64,000 bases of DNA, from NCBI GenBank assembly GCA_050949045.1, contig JBMNEZ010000001.1, positions 768,001-832,000 on the forward strand, in the 5' to 3' direction. The notes beneath the pieces are model-generated. The model saw only the letters and a list, made by a program, of their open reading frames with translations. It was not told the origin of the DNA and did not search any database. Positions 30,985-41,191 of this stretch are shown in pieces. A program made the translations under genes and the position numbers. Within the stretch, counting starts at the first letter, position 1; the number at the start of each line of letters is the position of its first letter. This DNA comes from Candidatus Izemoplasmatales bacterium (GTDB taxonomy: Bacteria; Bacillota_I; Bacilli_A; Izemoplasmatales; Hujiaoplasmataceae).

Positions 30985-31094
30985 CTGATCACCTCAACTC
31001 TTCATGCTTATTATAAACAGCACTCACATTATAGTTTTTTGTCTTGATTCTTTCAAGAATCAACCCTGATTTTGCCATCCTGAAAGCAACGAGC

Positions 31095-31150
31095 AGTCTA
31101 TGCATGATAAAATAATAGTATAATGGTTGATGTTTTATCATGCATAGACT
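31095..31150. repeat. Perfect 18-bp inverted repeat, 20-nt spacer
   Basis: AGTCTATGCATGATAAAA...TTTTATCATGCATAGACT. Confidence 0.8.
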
Positions 31151-31235
31151 CTAAAGTCAGAATAAAAAAGAGATGTCAACCAACATCTCTCAATTGATTA
31201 ATCTTTCGCATCCGCCAATTGGAGTTCATCGTCTA

Positions 31236-31646
31236 TTACAAGACAATGAATTTATGATCAAAGAAATAGTTCAAGATCATCTTGCGAGTCACGATGCCAA
31301 CCAAAATTCCCGCATTATCGACAATCGGCACGAAGTTCTGGTCAGCGGCTTTCAAGATCAGTTCGTCCATATTGGCATCGAGTTGCACAGGCACATAGTC
31401 GCGATGACGATGGACGGACCCTACCTGAATATTATCGGCCTTTTTCAAATTGAAATCACCCATTTTTTTGATTTCCCATAAAAAATCGCCTTCGGTGATC
31501 GTCCCTATATATCGCCCTTCACGATTAAGCACCGGGATCGAGGCAAACCTGTATTTCTCCATTTCTTCGAGCGCGGCCTTGACCGAAGTGTCGTCATAGA
31601 CACAGACGACTTCACTTCTGGGCTTCAAAAATGACATTATCTTCAT
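31236..31646 (-). CDS. CBS-domain protein (YkuL-like)
   Basis: IPVLNREGRYIGTITEGD; VPIVDNAGILVGIVTRK. Confidence 0.9.
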   Translation of the reverse strand: MKIMSFLKPRSEVVCVYDDTSVKAALEEMEKYRFASIPVLNREGRYIGTITEGDFLWEIKKMGDFNLKKADNIQVGSVHRHRDYVPVQLDANMDELILKAADQNFVPIVDNAGILVGIVTRKMILNYFFDHKFIVL

Positions 31647-31784
31647 AATCTGCTCTCCTTAATACAGCAAGATTGTTTTTCCAAACAGTATTATACCATA
31701 AATCCCGATAATTAAAAAACAGCAACATGAAAAACCCTTGAATCCGGCTGACAAATAAATGCCTTTTGCTTAAGTATTTGATTC

Positions 31785-32297
31785 TTGATGGAGACACAAA
31801 TGGACGGTTCCATAAAACATCATGGCTTTGGGCCACACTTTGACAACGATTCCGCAATCCTGATCCTTGGCAGTTTTCCCTCGATCGTCTCCAGACAAAG
31901 AGGTTTTTACTACATGCATCCCCGCAATCGCTTCTGGCAGGTGCTATCCCTTGTATATGACGATGACTTTTTAAACACCGACCTGTCAGTCAAGCGGAGG
32001 CTGCTCACCAAACATCACATCACTCTTTACGATGTCATCGAAAGTTGCCGGACAAAGGGCTCGCTGGACAATTCGTTGACCCAAATCAAACCTACGGACA
32101 TAAGATCTGTTTTGAAACAAACATCAATTAAGAAAATCTACACTAACGGCAGGAAAGCCGAAAAATTGTTTTCTCTATATTTTCCGGAATTGGTACCGCT
32201 ATCCGTCTATCTGCCTTCGACTTCCCCTACAAATGCCAGATTCAATATCGATGATCTATATCATCATTGGCTTGTGATCAAATCGTCTGGCCCGTAG
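31785..32297 (+). CDS. Uracil-DNA glycosylase superfamily (DNA-deoxyinosine glycosylase/Mug-like)
   Basis: LILGSFPS...FYYMHPRNRFW...LPSTSPTN. Confidence 0.9.
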   Translation: MMETQMDGSIKHHGFGPHFDNDSAILILGSFPSIVSRQRGFYYMHPRNRFWQVLSLVYDDDFLNTDLSVKRRLLTKHHITLYDVIESCRTKGSLDNSLTQIKPTDIRSVLKQTSIKKIYTNGRKAEKLFSLYFPELVPLSVYLPSTSPTNARFNIDDLYHHWLVIKSSGP

Positions 32298-32306
32298 TTC
32301 CGATCA

Positions 32307-33548
32307 TCATGACCGATTCCCCGCCGCGCTTGTGCCCGCCACATGGCCGCTAGTCCAAGCCCATTGGAGATTGAACCCGCCACAAGGTCCGTCGATATCA
32401 AGGATCTCGCCCGCAAAATAGAGACCCGGGACTTTGGTGGACTCCATGGTTTTCGGATCGACCATCGCTACATCGATTCCCCCGACGGTGATTTGAGTGT
32501 CTTCGAAAGGCCTTGTGCCGCTAACGACAAAATCCCATCCTGTAAGCAGTCTGGTGATACTATCAATGTCGCTTGAAGAAAGCGCGGCGGCGGGATGGGT
32601 GTGCTTCGCTATTTTAGCCTCTTTTAACAACGGTGAGATCAGCCGCTTGTTAATCAGACCGATCAGACAATGATCAATCTGTTTCGACGGATTGTCTAAA
32701 AAGCGTTTGCTAATATCGATCTTTTCGCTTTTTCCAATAAGAATGACTCTGATTAAAGTTTCTGAACCGGTTTCCAGGGCAAGTGCGGCCTGCCTGCTCA
32801 AGTCGAGGATTGTGGGGCCGCTGATGCCATAACCGGTGAAAAGGATGTCTCCGCTTCTCTCATCGACCTTTTTTCCGTCGATGATCAATGCGGCAGTGCC
32901 CTGGACTTTGACACCGTCGAGATGCTTTAGATAAGGCGACTCGAGTTTTAATTTTACGAGCGCCGGGAGAGTCCTGATGAGCTTGTGTCCCAGGGCTTGC
33001 GCCAACGAATATCCCGATCCGTTTGATCCGCTGGTTGGCATCGCCATTCCGCCGGTGGTGATGATCACGCTGTCGGATTCAAACTTTTCACCATCGGTTG
33101 ATATCGCCGAAAAACCGGAACCGTTTTTCACGATCCGGCACACATTCATACCGTTAATAACATTCACATCAAGACGCTTTAGTTCATCGAGGAACACATC
33201 GACAATGCTCGATGCCTGTTCGGAACGAGGATAAACCCTGCCGTTTTGCTCGACAAGCGGCTCAATGCCCAATTCTTTGAAAAACTTGATTGTTTCCCGA
33301 GGACCGAACAGATTAATAGAACCACTAACAAACCACGGATGATTGTAGTCTTCGCCGGTGGCGTTAATATTGGTGTAATTGCACCGGCCATTGCCAGTCA
33401 CAAGGATCTTTCTGCCAATGCGACTGTTCTTCTCAAGAATGGTCACTTTGGCATTGTTTCTCGCAGCGGCGATTGCGGCCATGATGCCGGCGGCGCCGCC
33501 GCCGATGATCATGATTTTCGTCTGTTTCACTGTCTCAACTCCCAACAA
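32307..33548 (-). CDS. HI0933/BaiN-family flavoprotein oxidoreductase
   Basis: IGGGAAG, GRKILVTGNGRCN, HGISGP-like YGISGP, GEILDIDGPCGGFNLQWAWTSG. Confidence 0.93.
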   Translation of the reverse strand: MLGVETVKQTKIMIIGGGAAGIMAAIAAARNNAKVTILEKNSRIGRKILVTGNGRCNYTNINATGEDYNHPWFVSGSINLFGPRETIKFFKELGIEPLVEQNGRVYPRSEQASSIVDVFLDELKRLDVNVINGMNVCRIVKNGSGFSAISTDGEKFESDSVIITTGGMAMPTSGSNGSGYSLAQALGHKLIRTLPALVKLKLESPYLKHLDGVKVQGTAALIIDGKKVDERSGDILFTGYGISGPTILDLSRQAALALETGSETLIRVILIGKSEKIDISKRFLDNPSKQIDHCLIGLINKRLISPLLKEAKIAKHTHPAAALSSSDIDSITRLLTGWDFVVSGTRPFEDTQITVGGIDVAMVDPKTMESTKVPGLYFAGEILDIDGPCGGFNLQWAWTSGHVAGTSAAGNRS

Positions 33549-33925
33549 CCATCATTCTCGCCTTTAATCAGATCAATGTCGTTCACTTTGTCATCTACCA
33601 AAAAACAATCTTAGGAACATTTCTCTGACGGAGTAAAACAATCCTGTTTCTTTCATATGGAATCGGTTTTCATTGAAACCGTTAATACGAAATACTACTT
33701 CTTGACCTCGCCGACCATAAAATTGGCATCAAGGCCTTAATACTACCCCTTGACAGTTATGCAAAGCGAATTATTTTTCAATAGCTTTCATGATACTTTG
33801 TCATTTACATCTTGTCTATTATTGTATCTTGATTATGGGCTTATTGCAATGAGCTGCGGAAAACAGCGAAACAAAAAACCATAATCTCCGGGGTGTCCCA
33901 AGATCATGGCAAAGAAGATAATCAA

Positions 33926-34000
33926 TGGTGGAGCTAGAGGGTTTCGAACCCACGACCCCCTGCCTGTGAAGCAGGTGCTCTCCCGCTGAGCTATGGCTCC
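33926..34000 (-). tRNA. tRNA-Val(CAC)
   Basis: GGAGCCA...CCTGC-TTCACAG-GCAGG...GGTTCGAAACC...CCACCA. Confidence 0.92.
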
Positions 34001-34258
34001 TTGTCCAATATCGATATAAATTATACAGCAAACGTGATCATTTTGCCATCCTGAAAACAAAAAAAGCCTTCGGGTGTTCCGAAAACTTTGATGATCAAAA
34101 GCGGTAGATACCTTGCTTTCAAATCCGAACCGTAGGCGATCTCAATATCCTTGAAAGCAATTGTTTCATTGATGGCGAATTGTCGTCATAAAGAAACGGC
34201 GATTCGACAAAGACGGCTGGTATTATATTATTCAATGTCGCCGTTTGACTCCAAAATC

Positions 34259-35452
34259 CTATAGACTAACTACACAATTTTTTCCTGATTCTTTTGCCTT
34301 ATATAATGCTTGATCCGCATTATCGATAAAATGTTGGATTTTTTTCTTACTATCTGGCAAACCGGAATAAATGCCTACGCTGACAGTGCATTTAAACTCG
34401 GGATTTTCTTCAAATACAACACTTTGTATTGCTTCACGTATTCTGTTTCCCATTATCACAGCTTGTTCATTTTTTGTTCCGTGTGCAAGAATTAAAAACT
34501 CTTCCCCGCCGAATCTGCAACATAGATCTAATGACCTCACATTTTCAGATATTACCTTTGCGATGGTTTTCAACACTTCATCGCCGAACAAATGTCCATA
34601 ATTGTCATTCACTTTTTTGAAAGAATCTATATCAATAAAGAGAAAAGACAATGATTTTTGTTCTATCAGAGCCCTTTGATAATACGCCTCAGCCTTACTC
34701 ATAAAAAATCTTCTGTTGTGAATTTGCGTTAAGGGATCCAGGTTACTGCTTACCCTCAACAATTCATATGAACGCTCATACATTATGAGCAAGAAGCCCG
34801 CTCCGTTTACAAACATAAGCAAAAACAGCAAGATGAATGTTCCGCTTTGAATATAGTCACTGGTAAACAAACTGGCGTTTTCATCAAACAGCGAGTTTAA
34901 TGCCCTCAATAGAAGCAACAAAAGAAAAACCAAGCTGATTAATCCGATAAATTTTTGGAATCTGCTGCTTAAAGTATTTGTAATATTTAATATATTAGGA
35001 ATCGCAAGAATACAAAAAATACTTAAAGAAGCAATCGCAATTCTAATATTCGGCGTACCAAGCAGAATCTCAAAAAGCAAAAACGATATAATGGATAATA
35101 CCAATAAAACAGTTTGCAGTCTAAACCATATTATTTTTGTTTTTTTATTCATTTTCAAAATAACAAATGAATCTAGGTAAAAGCCAACAAAAAGCAGTAT
35201 ATTGCCAAAATGAACTGAAAATATGTCATTGATATCTCCACGTAAGAATAAAAGAAGCCAAGCCGTTGCCTGAAATATTTTGGCAATTCCAAATTTCTGA
35301 ATCAGATTTTTTTCATAATCTGATTCATGATTTAAAAAATATCTTAACGTCAAAAGAGCCAATGCTAGATTTCCCCAGATTAAAATTCCCATCATGGTTT
35401 TTACATCTAGTCTGACTAATTCTCCAATAGCCTTCAAAAAATCAATAAACAT
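34259..35452 (-). CDS. Membrane-bound diguanylate cyclase (GGDEF)
   Basis: Multi-TM N-terminus; DPLTQIHNRR, DIDSFKKVND, RSLD I-site, RFGGEEF, ADQALYKAK. Confidence 0.93.
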   Translation of the reverse strand: MFIDFLKAIGELVRLDVKTMMGILIWGNLALALLTLRYFLNHESDYEKNLIQKFGIAKIFQATAWLLLFLRGDINDIFSVHFGNILLFVGFYLDSFVILKMNKKTKIIWFRLQTVLLVLSIISFLLFEILLGTPNIRIAIASLSIFCILAIPNILNITNTLSSRFQKFIGLISLVFLLLLLLRALNSLFDENASLFTSDYIQSGTFILLFLLMFVNGAGFLLIMYERSYELLRVSSNLDPLTQIHNRRFFMSKAEAYYQRALIEQKSLSFLFIDIDSFKKVNDNYGHLFGDEVLKTIAKVISENVRSLDLCCRFGGEEFLILAHGTKNEQAVIMGNRIREAIQSVVFEENPEFKCTVSVGIYSGLPDSKKKIQHFIDNADQALYKAKESGKNCVVSL

Positions 35453-35894
35453 GTTTTCATCTCACTTTTTATACAAAACACAGGTTTCTTTTAAAGGGGT
35501 CAATGGGCAGTCGGAATGTCCGGTCTGAGTTTTTCATTTTTTTCATTTACAGAAATAGATCAATGGTTTTTATCAATTTTAATGTATATTCTTTATTCGT
35601 CATTATCTTAGCATTCAATTTAAATTTTATTGCATCACGCAAATGTGAATGAATCAAAATATTAGCTTGCCAAATTTAACGTGGAAATCAATATTTACAG
35701 TCTCGTTTCGAACCGATTTTAAAAATCTCAAGTCGCCGTTTTTAATCAAAAATGGCGGAAAAACAATTGATGATTTGACACACATTTTGACACCTGTTTC
35801 AGCTTTCCAACATTTCAAATCTCTTGTTTGATTTTCTAAGCAAAAAAAATAAAAACGGTGTTTTTCGTAGAAAAACCGCAATATTTTATAGAAA

Positions 35895-35969
35895 TGGTGG
35901 AGCCAGAGGGGCTTGAACCCCCGACCCCCTGCACGTCAAGCAGGTGCTCTCCCACTGAGCTATGGCTCC
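35895..35969 (-). tRNA. tRNA-Val(GAC)
   Basis: Anticodon arm CCTGC-TTGACGT-GCAGG; CCA end. Confidence 0.95.
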
Positions 35970-36153
35970 GCTGCTAAAAATATTATAACATGCTTTCTGT
36001 CGAATGCAAATAAAAAATGAAGCCGCTTGATTCATTCCTTTGCCTTTCTTTTATCAATTCAAACAATGAGTTACATCTGGAATAGAAAATAGGATTGAAT
36101 AGAAAAAAACACGCCGACAGAATGATGTCCATTGGCGTGTGTTGTTATTTTTC

Positions 36154-36230
36154 TGGTCGGAAAGACAGGATTTGAACCTGCGACCTCTTGGCCCCCAGCC
36201 AAGCGCTCTACCAAACTAAGCTACTTCCCG
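36154..36230 (-). tRNA. tRNA-Pro(GGG)
   Basis: CGGGAAG...CTTGG-CTGGGGG-CCAAG...GGTTCAAATCC...CCGACCA. Confidence 0.95.
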
Positions 36231-36353
36231 GCAGGTATATTTTACCAGAAAACCGGCCATAAGGGAAATGTTTTTAATCCAAAATCAGAAATATCGGTTT
36301 TTAGGTCTACCGCTATGAAAACGGCGATAAGATAACCCGTCCAATACGAGATA

Positions 36354-36854
36354 CTATTCCGATTCAGTCGCCATCCGCACATAATCATCTGCGTTCTGAC
36401 GAATCGACTCGATCTCTGCTTCTGTTAGTTCCCTGACAATCCGGAACGGATTGCCCATCACGAGCATTCTCGAAGGTACCACCTTCCCGGAAGGCACCAG
36501 CGATCCAGCTGCGACCAAAGCCTGGCGCCCAACGATCGCGCCGTCAAGGATGATTGCGCCCATCCCGATCAGAGCTTCGTCCTCGATCGTCGCCGCATGG
36601 ATGATCGCCTTGTGACCGATCGTCACGTTTCGCCCGATAATGGTTGCTTTGCCAGTATTTGTATGGATGACGGCTCCGTCTTGGACATTCGTGTCGTCTT
36701 GGATCGTGATGCTCGCCATATCGGCTCTGACGACGGCGTTGTACCAGATATTGACGCGGTTACCCAAAGTGACTTCTCCAATGACAAAGGCCCCGGGAAA
36801 AATCCGGGTGCCGGCACCGATAACTGGTTCATGGCCATTGTATTTGATAATCAT
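36354..36854 (-). CDS. Gamma carbonic anhydrase-family hexapeptide protein
   Basis: IWYNAVVRAD, TNVQDGAVIH, TIGHKAIIH. Confidence 0.92.
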   Translation of the reverse strand: MIIKYNGHEPVIGAGTRIFPGAFVIGEVTLGNRVNIWYNAVVRADMASITIQDDTNVQDGAVIHTNTGKATIIGRNVTIGHKAIIHAATIEDEALIGMGAIILDGAIVGRQALVAAGSLVPSGKVVPSRMLVMGNPFRIVRELTEAEIESIRQNADDYVRMATESE

Positions 36855-36867
36855 GTTGTTTTTCCTT

Positions 36868-38685
36868 TCATAGTTTCATCAGCACAAGCTCGTCTTCCGG
36901 TTCAATGGCAATCTCAACCGGCGCATACAAATCGCCTTCAAACATCGTGAGAACATCTTTATGGAAATATCCGAGCGGCATGACCTTTCCTTTAAAAGAC
37001 TCATACAAAGACACAATCAATTCCTTTTTGCATTGGAAAACCACCGGAAACTTTTCTTTGAGCAGATCTTTGGCGCTCCTAATGATGATCGCCTGATCGT
37101 CCTCACCGGATTCGCCCGGAGCGATCGTTAACAAGTTTTCATAAAAGATCGCCGTATCGTTGAAGAGCGCAAGTTTGCTGAGGAGCAAGGAGATGATCTT
37201 ATTTGAGATGATCGTGTTCTGGATCCTGAAATCCTTGACGATGCGGTCGTTTTTGGGATCGAGCAATTCGACGATGACATTCACATCCTGACGGTTCAAA
37301 TGGCCCTGGAGATAGATCAGAGTGTCGATCACAGTGGCGTCAAGGCTGTCTTGGGGCGTACTGTCATCGCTCAGAAGCACGATCGTCGTCCTTGCTGTAC
37401 TTTCGTTGATTCTAGCAAGCATTTTATCAATCTGCCCAAAATCAACCTTTTCGGAATGAAACTCGCTCTTATGGAGTTCTTCATAAGCCGCAAACGATTC
37501 CAAAATGAAGTCGAGCTTGTTGTTTTCGCCGATGATGTAAACATCCATGGCCGTCGATTCGACGATCGGTTTTGTCTGAAGTTTTTTGCCCTTCACCTGC
37601 ATTTCCGTCGTCTTGTCGGCCAGATCATGGCTTGAGCAAAGCACAAAGATGCCCTGATCCGCTGTGGCAATGGGGAATGCGTAGAGCCCCTGCCGGAGCG
37701 ATTCCGCAAATGACATATTCGGAACATAATAGACCTCGGCGCCTTCAAAGGAAAAAAGGGACAAATAGACGTCTTCCATCAGCGGATTGATGATCGTCTG
37801 GGCGATGATCTGCCCGAGCCGTTTGTCGAAGCACACAGGAATGAGCACATGCTCATTCAGGCTGTGGACGGTCTTTTCAAGAGTAAGGATTTTCTCCTTT
37901 GTTTCATAGTTTTTGATCTCGGCAACGATCGGCGTCCTTCTGGGAAAAACGAGGCTGCCGAGCGAGAGGATCACCTTGATGACGTTGAGATCGCTCTTGC
38001 TCATGTTTCTCGCGACTTCCTCATGGATATCCCTGTTCATGATGATGATGGTATCCGCTTCCCTGATCGAGATATCTTCGAGATCGCTATGAAGCAGCGG
38101 GTCTCCCTGCTTGACAAGAACGTTGAAATGTTTGAAATCCCGATCGGTCTTCTTCAGTTTCTGGATCGAGTTCACGATCTGTTTCTCCGCATAGGTTTTG
38201 TCGATATCCGCAAGGATTATGACTGTTATCCTCCGGTTTTCGACATAGATCAAGTCCGCGACTAGTTCGGGGACTTTATTGTTCCAGTTGAGAATGGCAA
38301 CATGCTGTTCAAGATAGATTTTCCCGGAACCGGATTGCTTCTTCTGAAAATAGTCCTTGATCGCATTTGTGGTGAGGGCGATGATCGTGCCTGTGAAGAG
38401 AACCATCCCGGTAATCAGGACGATTACAGCCAGAAACAGGGTTTTCGGATTGGTGATTGTTAGAATCGCGTTTGGCGAGAGCAGCCATTTCATCGATCCG
38501 TTGGCAAACGCATCGATGAAGCTGGTGAAAGAATCATCGATTGCGAGCGCGATCAGAGCCGCAACCGCGAGAATCGCGACGTTGATGAAAAGCATCACCA
38601 AAATGATGTAAACGAGCGGTTGCTTATAGGTTTTGATGCTTATCAAACTCCTGGCCTTGATCAGTTTGCTTTTCAGTTTTTTCAC
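36868..38685 (-). CDS. Membrane protein with RCK-like domains (CASTOR/POLLUX-like ion channel homologue)
   Basis: 2 TM helices with intervening pore-like segment, EQHVAILNWN, GDPLLHSDLEDISIREAD, IIAQT, LFSFEGAEVY, DELVL. Confidence 0.6.
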   Translation of the reverse strand: MKKLKSKLIKARSLISIKTYKQPLVYIILVMLFINVAILAVAALIALAIDDSFTSFIDAFANGSMKWLLSPNAILTITNPKTLFLAVIVLITGMVLFTGTIIALTTNAIKDYFQKKQSGSGKIYLEQHVAILNWNNKVPELVADLIYVENRRITVIILADIDKTYAEKQIVNSIQKLKKTDRDFKHFNVLVKQGDPLLHSDLEDISIREADTIIIMNRDIHEEVARNMSKSDLNVIKVILSLGSLVFPRRTPIVAEIKNYETKEKILTLEKTVHSLNEHVLIPVCFDKRLGQIIAQTIINPLMEDVYLSLFSFEGAEVYYVPNMSFAESLRQGLYAFPIATADQGIFVLCSSHDLADKTTEMQVKGKKLQTKPIVESTAMDVYIIGENNKLDFILESFAAYEELHKSEFHSEKVDFGQIDKMLARINESTARTTIVLLSDDSTPQDSLDATVIDTLIYLQGHLNRQDVNVIVELLDPKNDRIVKDFRIQNTIISNKIISLLLSKLALFNDTAIFYENLLTIAPGESGEDDQAIIIRSAKDLLKEKFPVVFQCKKELIVSLYESFKGKVMPLGYFHKDVLTMFEGDLYAPVEIAIEPEDELVLMKL

Positions 38686-38904
38686 TATCGTTCACCCCTT
38701 TACATCTATTCTATTATATTCACTCGGCTGGCGAGATACAATAGCGTTGGGCAAATGCCTGAAGAAAACACCTTATCGCGGTATTCAAGAAAATAAGTTT
38801 CTGCATTCAAAACTCGGCAGCTACACTTAACGATTTGATTGTCGGGTTTTTCAATTAAAACCGGTTAAGATGTTTCTCCTCTTGGAAACAAACGAAAGAA
38901 AACC

Positions 38905-40398
38905 TCATCGTATCTTCAGTGCTTTGACCGCCTTCCCGATTGACTGGAGCACATCCGTCGCGATGAGCCCGGTTTCATCAATCTGTGAAAGTGCGATTTC
39001 AGCCGCTTTTGCATGAAGAAGTCCGCCGCGGACAGCGGCCTCAAACAAGTCGTTGCCTTGTGTTGCCATCGCCGCGATCATCCCCGAAAGCAAGTCTCCC
39101 ATTCCGGCTGATGCCATGCCCGGATTGCCCGCTTTGAGATAGACCAGCCTATCATTCTTGGCAACGATGGTCACGTGCCCCTTGAGCACGGTCACGATAC
39201 CCTTCTGGGTTAAATGAGCGATTTGCTTCTCGCAGTCGGCTTCCAATTCCCTAGCGTCGATCTCGAGCATCCTCGCCAGCTCCCCCGCGTGCGGCGTCGC
39301 GATGATGTGCCCAAATGTGACTCCCCTAGCGAGCAGTTCCTTGAGGTAATCCAGTCCGCCTGCGTCGATCAGAACTGGAGTCCCTATCTTTAGAATGCTC
39401 TCAAGAATCTCTCGATGGTTTTGATCGCCTTTGTGATCAATACCTACACCAAAAATGCAGAAATCAGCCTTTTTGATTGTTTCATCAAGGTCCTTTGGCT
39501 GTTCATAGAATACATATATTAATTCCGGATACAACTGATTCCAGTAAGCCTTATCCTTTTCTTTGATGGCAACCCGAACGACTCCCGCCCCGCTTCGAAG
39601 AGCGGCGATGCCCGCCAATTGCATTGCCCCCATCATCCCTGGTGAGCCGCCGATGACCAGGATGTCGCCGTAGTTGTACTTATGGCTCCTGTGCTTGCGA
39701 TTAGAGAGAATCGGGATGATGTCTTCATAATTGGCCAACCGGCGTTTTTTTCCTTTTGTATCATTTGTTAAACCGATATCGACGACTTTGATCGCCCCTG
39801 AGTAGTCGAGGGCATCGTTGAGCAGGTTGCCGACTTTCAAATATCCGATTGCGGCAGTCCAGTCAGCTTTGATTGCCACTCCAGAAACCAGTCCGGTATG
39901 GCCGTTTATCCCAGAAGGGATGTCGATTGAAAAGACAAACTTGCCGGCATGGTTGACCCGTTCGATGAGATCACAGTAGCGTCCCTCGATGAGTCGGTCA
40001 ACACCGATCCCAAAAAGGCCGTCGACGACGACATCTTCCTCAAATGTCAGTTCCTGAGGTTCAGGCGCAAGCAGAATGCTAGCGCCGGCGGCTTCAAGGC
40101 GCTCCAAAGCTTTCCGTCCTGCCGGGCTCTCTTTACCAATTTCAAAAAAATTGGCAACCGTGACCGGATATCCGGCCAAAAAGGCATGCCTTGCGAAAAC
40201 CAGGGCGTCCGCGCCGTTGTTTCCCGGCCCGGCCAAAACCAGAAGCCTTTTGTTTTTATCGGGACAAACCTCTTTCGAAAAATGCCGAAACAAGCCTGAA
40301 CCGGCCGTTTCGACTAGCTCGTATTCGGCGATATTGTTTTTAGACATCGCCGATTTTTCAATGGTCCGCATTTCTTCAACGGTGACGATTTTTAACAT
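38905..40398 (-). CDS. nnr: Bifunctional NAD(P)HX epimerase/dehydratase
   Basis: GPGNNGADA, DGLFGIG, DIPSG, HKYNYG, TPHAGEL, AGMGDLLSG. Confidence 0.93.
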   Translation of the reverse strand: MLKIVTVEEMRTIEKSAMSKNNIAEYELVETAGSGLFRHFSKEVCPDKNKRLLVLAGPGNNGADALVFARHAFLAGYPVTVANFFEIGKESPAGRKALERLEAAGASILLAPEPQELTFEEDVVVDGLFGIGVDRLIEGRYCDLIERVNHAGKFVFSIDIPSGINGHTGLVSGVAIKADWTAAIGYLKVGNLLNDALDYSGAIKVVDIGLTNDTKGKKRRLANYEDIIPILSNRKHRSHKYNYGDILVIGGSPGMMGAMQLAGIAALRSGAGVVRVAIKEKDKAYWNQLYPELIYVFYEQPKDLDETIKKADFCIFGVGIDHKGDQNHREILESILKIGTPVLIDAGGLDYLKELLARGVTFGHIIATPHAGELARMLEIDARELEADCEKQIAHLTQKGIVTVLKGHVTIVAKNDRLVYLKAGNPGMASAGMGDLLSGMIAAMATQGNDLFEAAVRGGLLHAKAAEIALSQIDETGLIATDVLQSIGKAVKALKIR

Positions 40399-40410
40399 AC
40401 TGCCTCCTTA

Positions 40411-41142
40411 TCAAATCCATAAGCTCAAAAGCAAGATGATTCCCAGATGAGCAGGGTAATAGACGTAAAAAAACCATTTTCGATAGGCTCCCGGCTTGCC
40501 GTTATAGAAATAAACCGGCAGAAGCGCAAGCACGGAAAACCATTGCAGATATTCAAATTTTGCCAAATCACCGCGCCCAATCAACTCCAAAAACGGCCAG
40601 TCGAGAAAGAGGATGTTAAGGGCGATAACCATCAATGCCTGAGGCAAGAACTGCCTGTAGACGCCAAAAATGATGACGATCCCGATTCCATAGGCGCCGT
40701 AAGGCATCCGCAACAACTCGGAACCGATCAAAATTATGATTACCGATACCCTCAGGTACCATTCATTCCTTTTAAGCAAGATTAAAGACAGGAGGCCGAA
40801 CGCAAGCGGCCAGATCACATTGAACGTGAACAGATGGTTCACACCCGATATCAGGTAATATATCAAGACCCCGATTTCGATAATCAAACAGTAGCCGAAG
40901 AGCCGCAGAAAATACTTTTTGACATTATGGGAATGATGGAAGCCCTCGGCGACCATGAACGAAAACAGCGGGAAGGCAACTCTGCCGATGCACCGGCAAA
41001 TTGTATAGAGGATGGTGTCTGCCGGCAGAAGATAGAGGCCGATATGATCGATCGTCATCGTGATGAGGGCGATAATCTTCAGGGTTTTTCCGCTCACAGC
41101 GCACCTCTTCTCAAAAAAATAGGCATTATTTTTCTTAGACAA
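40411..41142 (-). CDS. TraX-family membrane protein
   Basis: LKIIALITMTIDHIG...GRVAFPLFSFMVAEGF...YNG...FFYVYYPAHL. Confidence 0.9.
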   Translation of the reverse strand: MSKKNNAYFFEKRCAVSGKTLKIIALITMTIDHIGLYLLPADTILYTICRCIGRVAFPLFSFMVAEGFHHSHNVKKYFLRLFGYCLIIEIGVLIYYLISGVNHLFTFNVIWPLAFGLLSLILLKRNEWYLRVSVIIILIGSELLRMPYGAYGIGIVIIFGVYRQFLPQALMVIALNILFLDWPFLELIGRGDLAKFEYLQWFSVLALLPVYFYNGKPGAYRKWFFYVYYPAHLGIILLLSLWI

Positions 41143-41191
41143 CTAGTCTAGACTTTCTCGAATCCACCAACTTGATAACTATGGCTCCACT

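Noticed and set aside
33926..34000. tRNA-Val(CAC) as pseudogene (C:A acceptor and T:T T-stem mismatches)
   Set aside because: Promoter, loops and CCA are intact; the mismatches alone are not decisive without a tRNAscan score
40411..41142. TraX as sign of a conjugative element
   Set aside because: Stand-alone among housekeeping genes; no relaxase or T4SS genes
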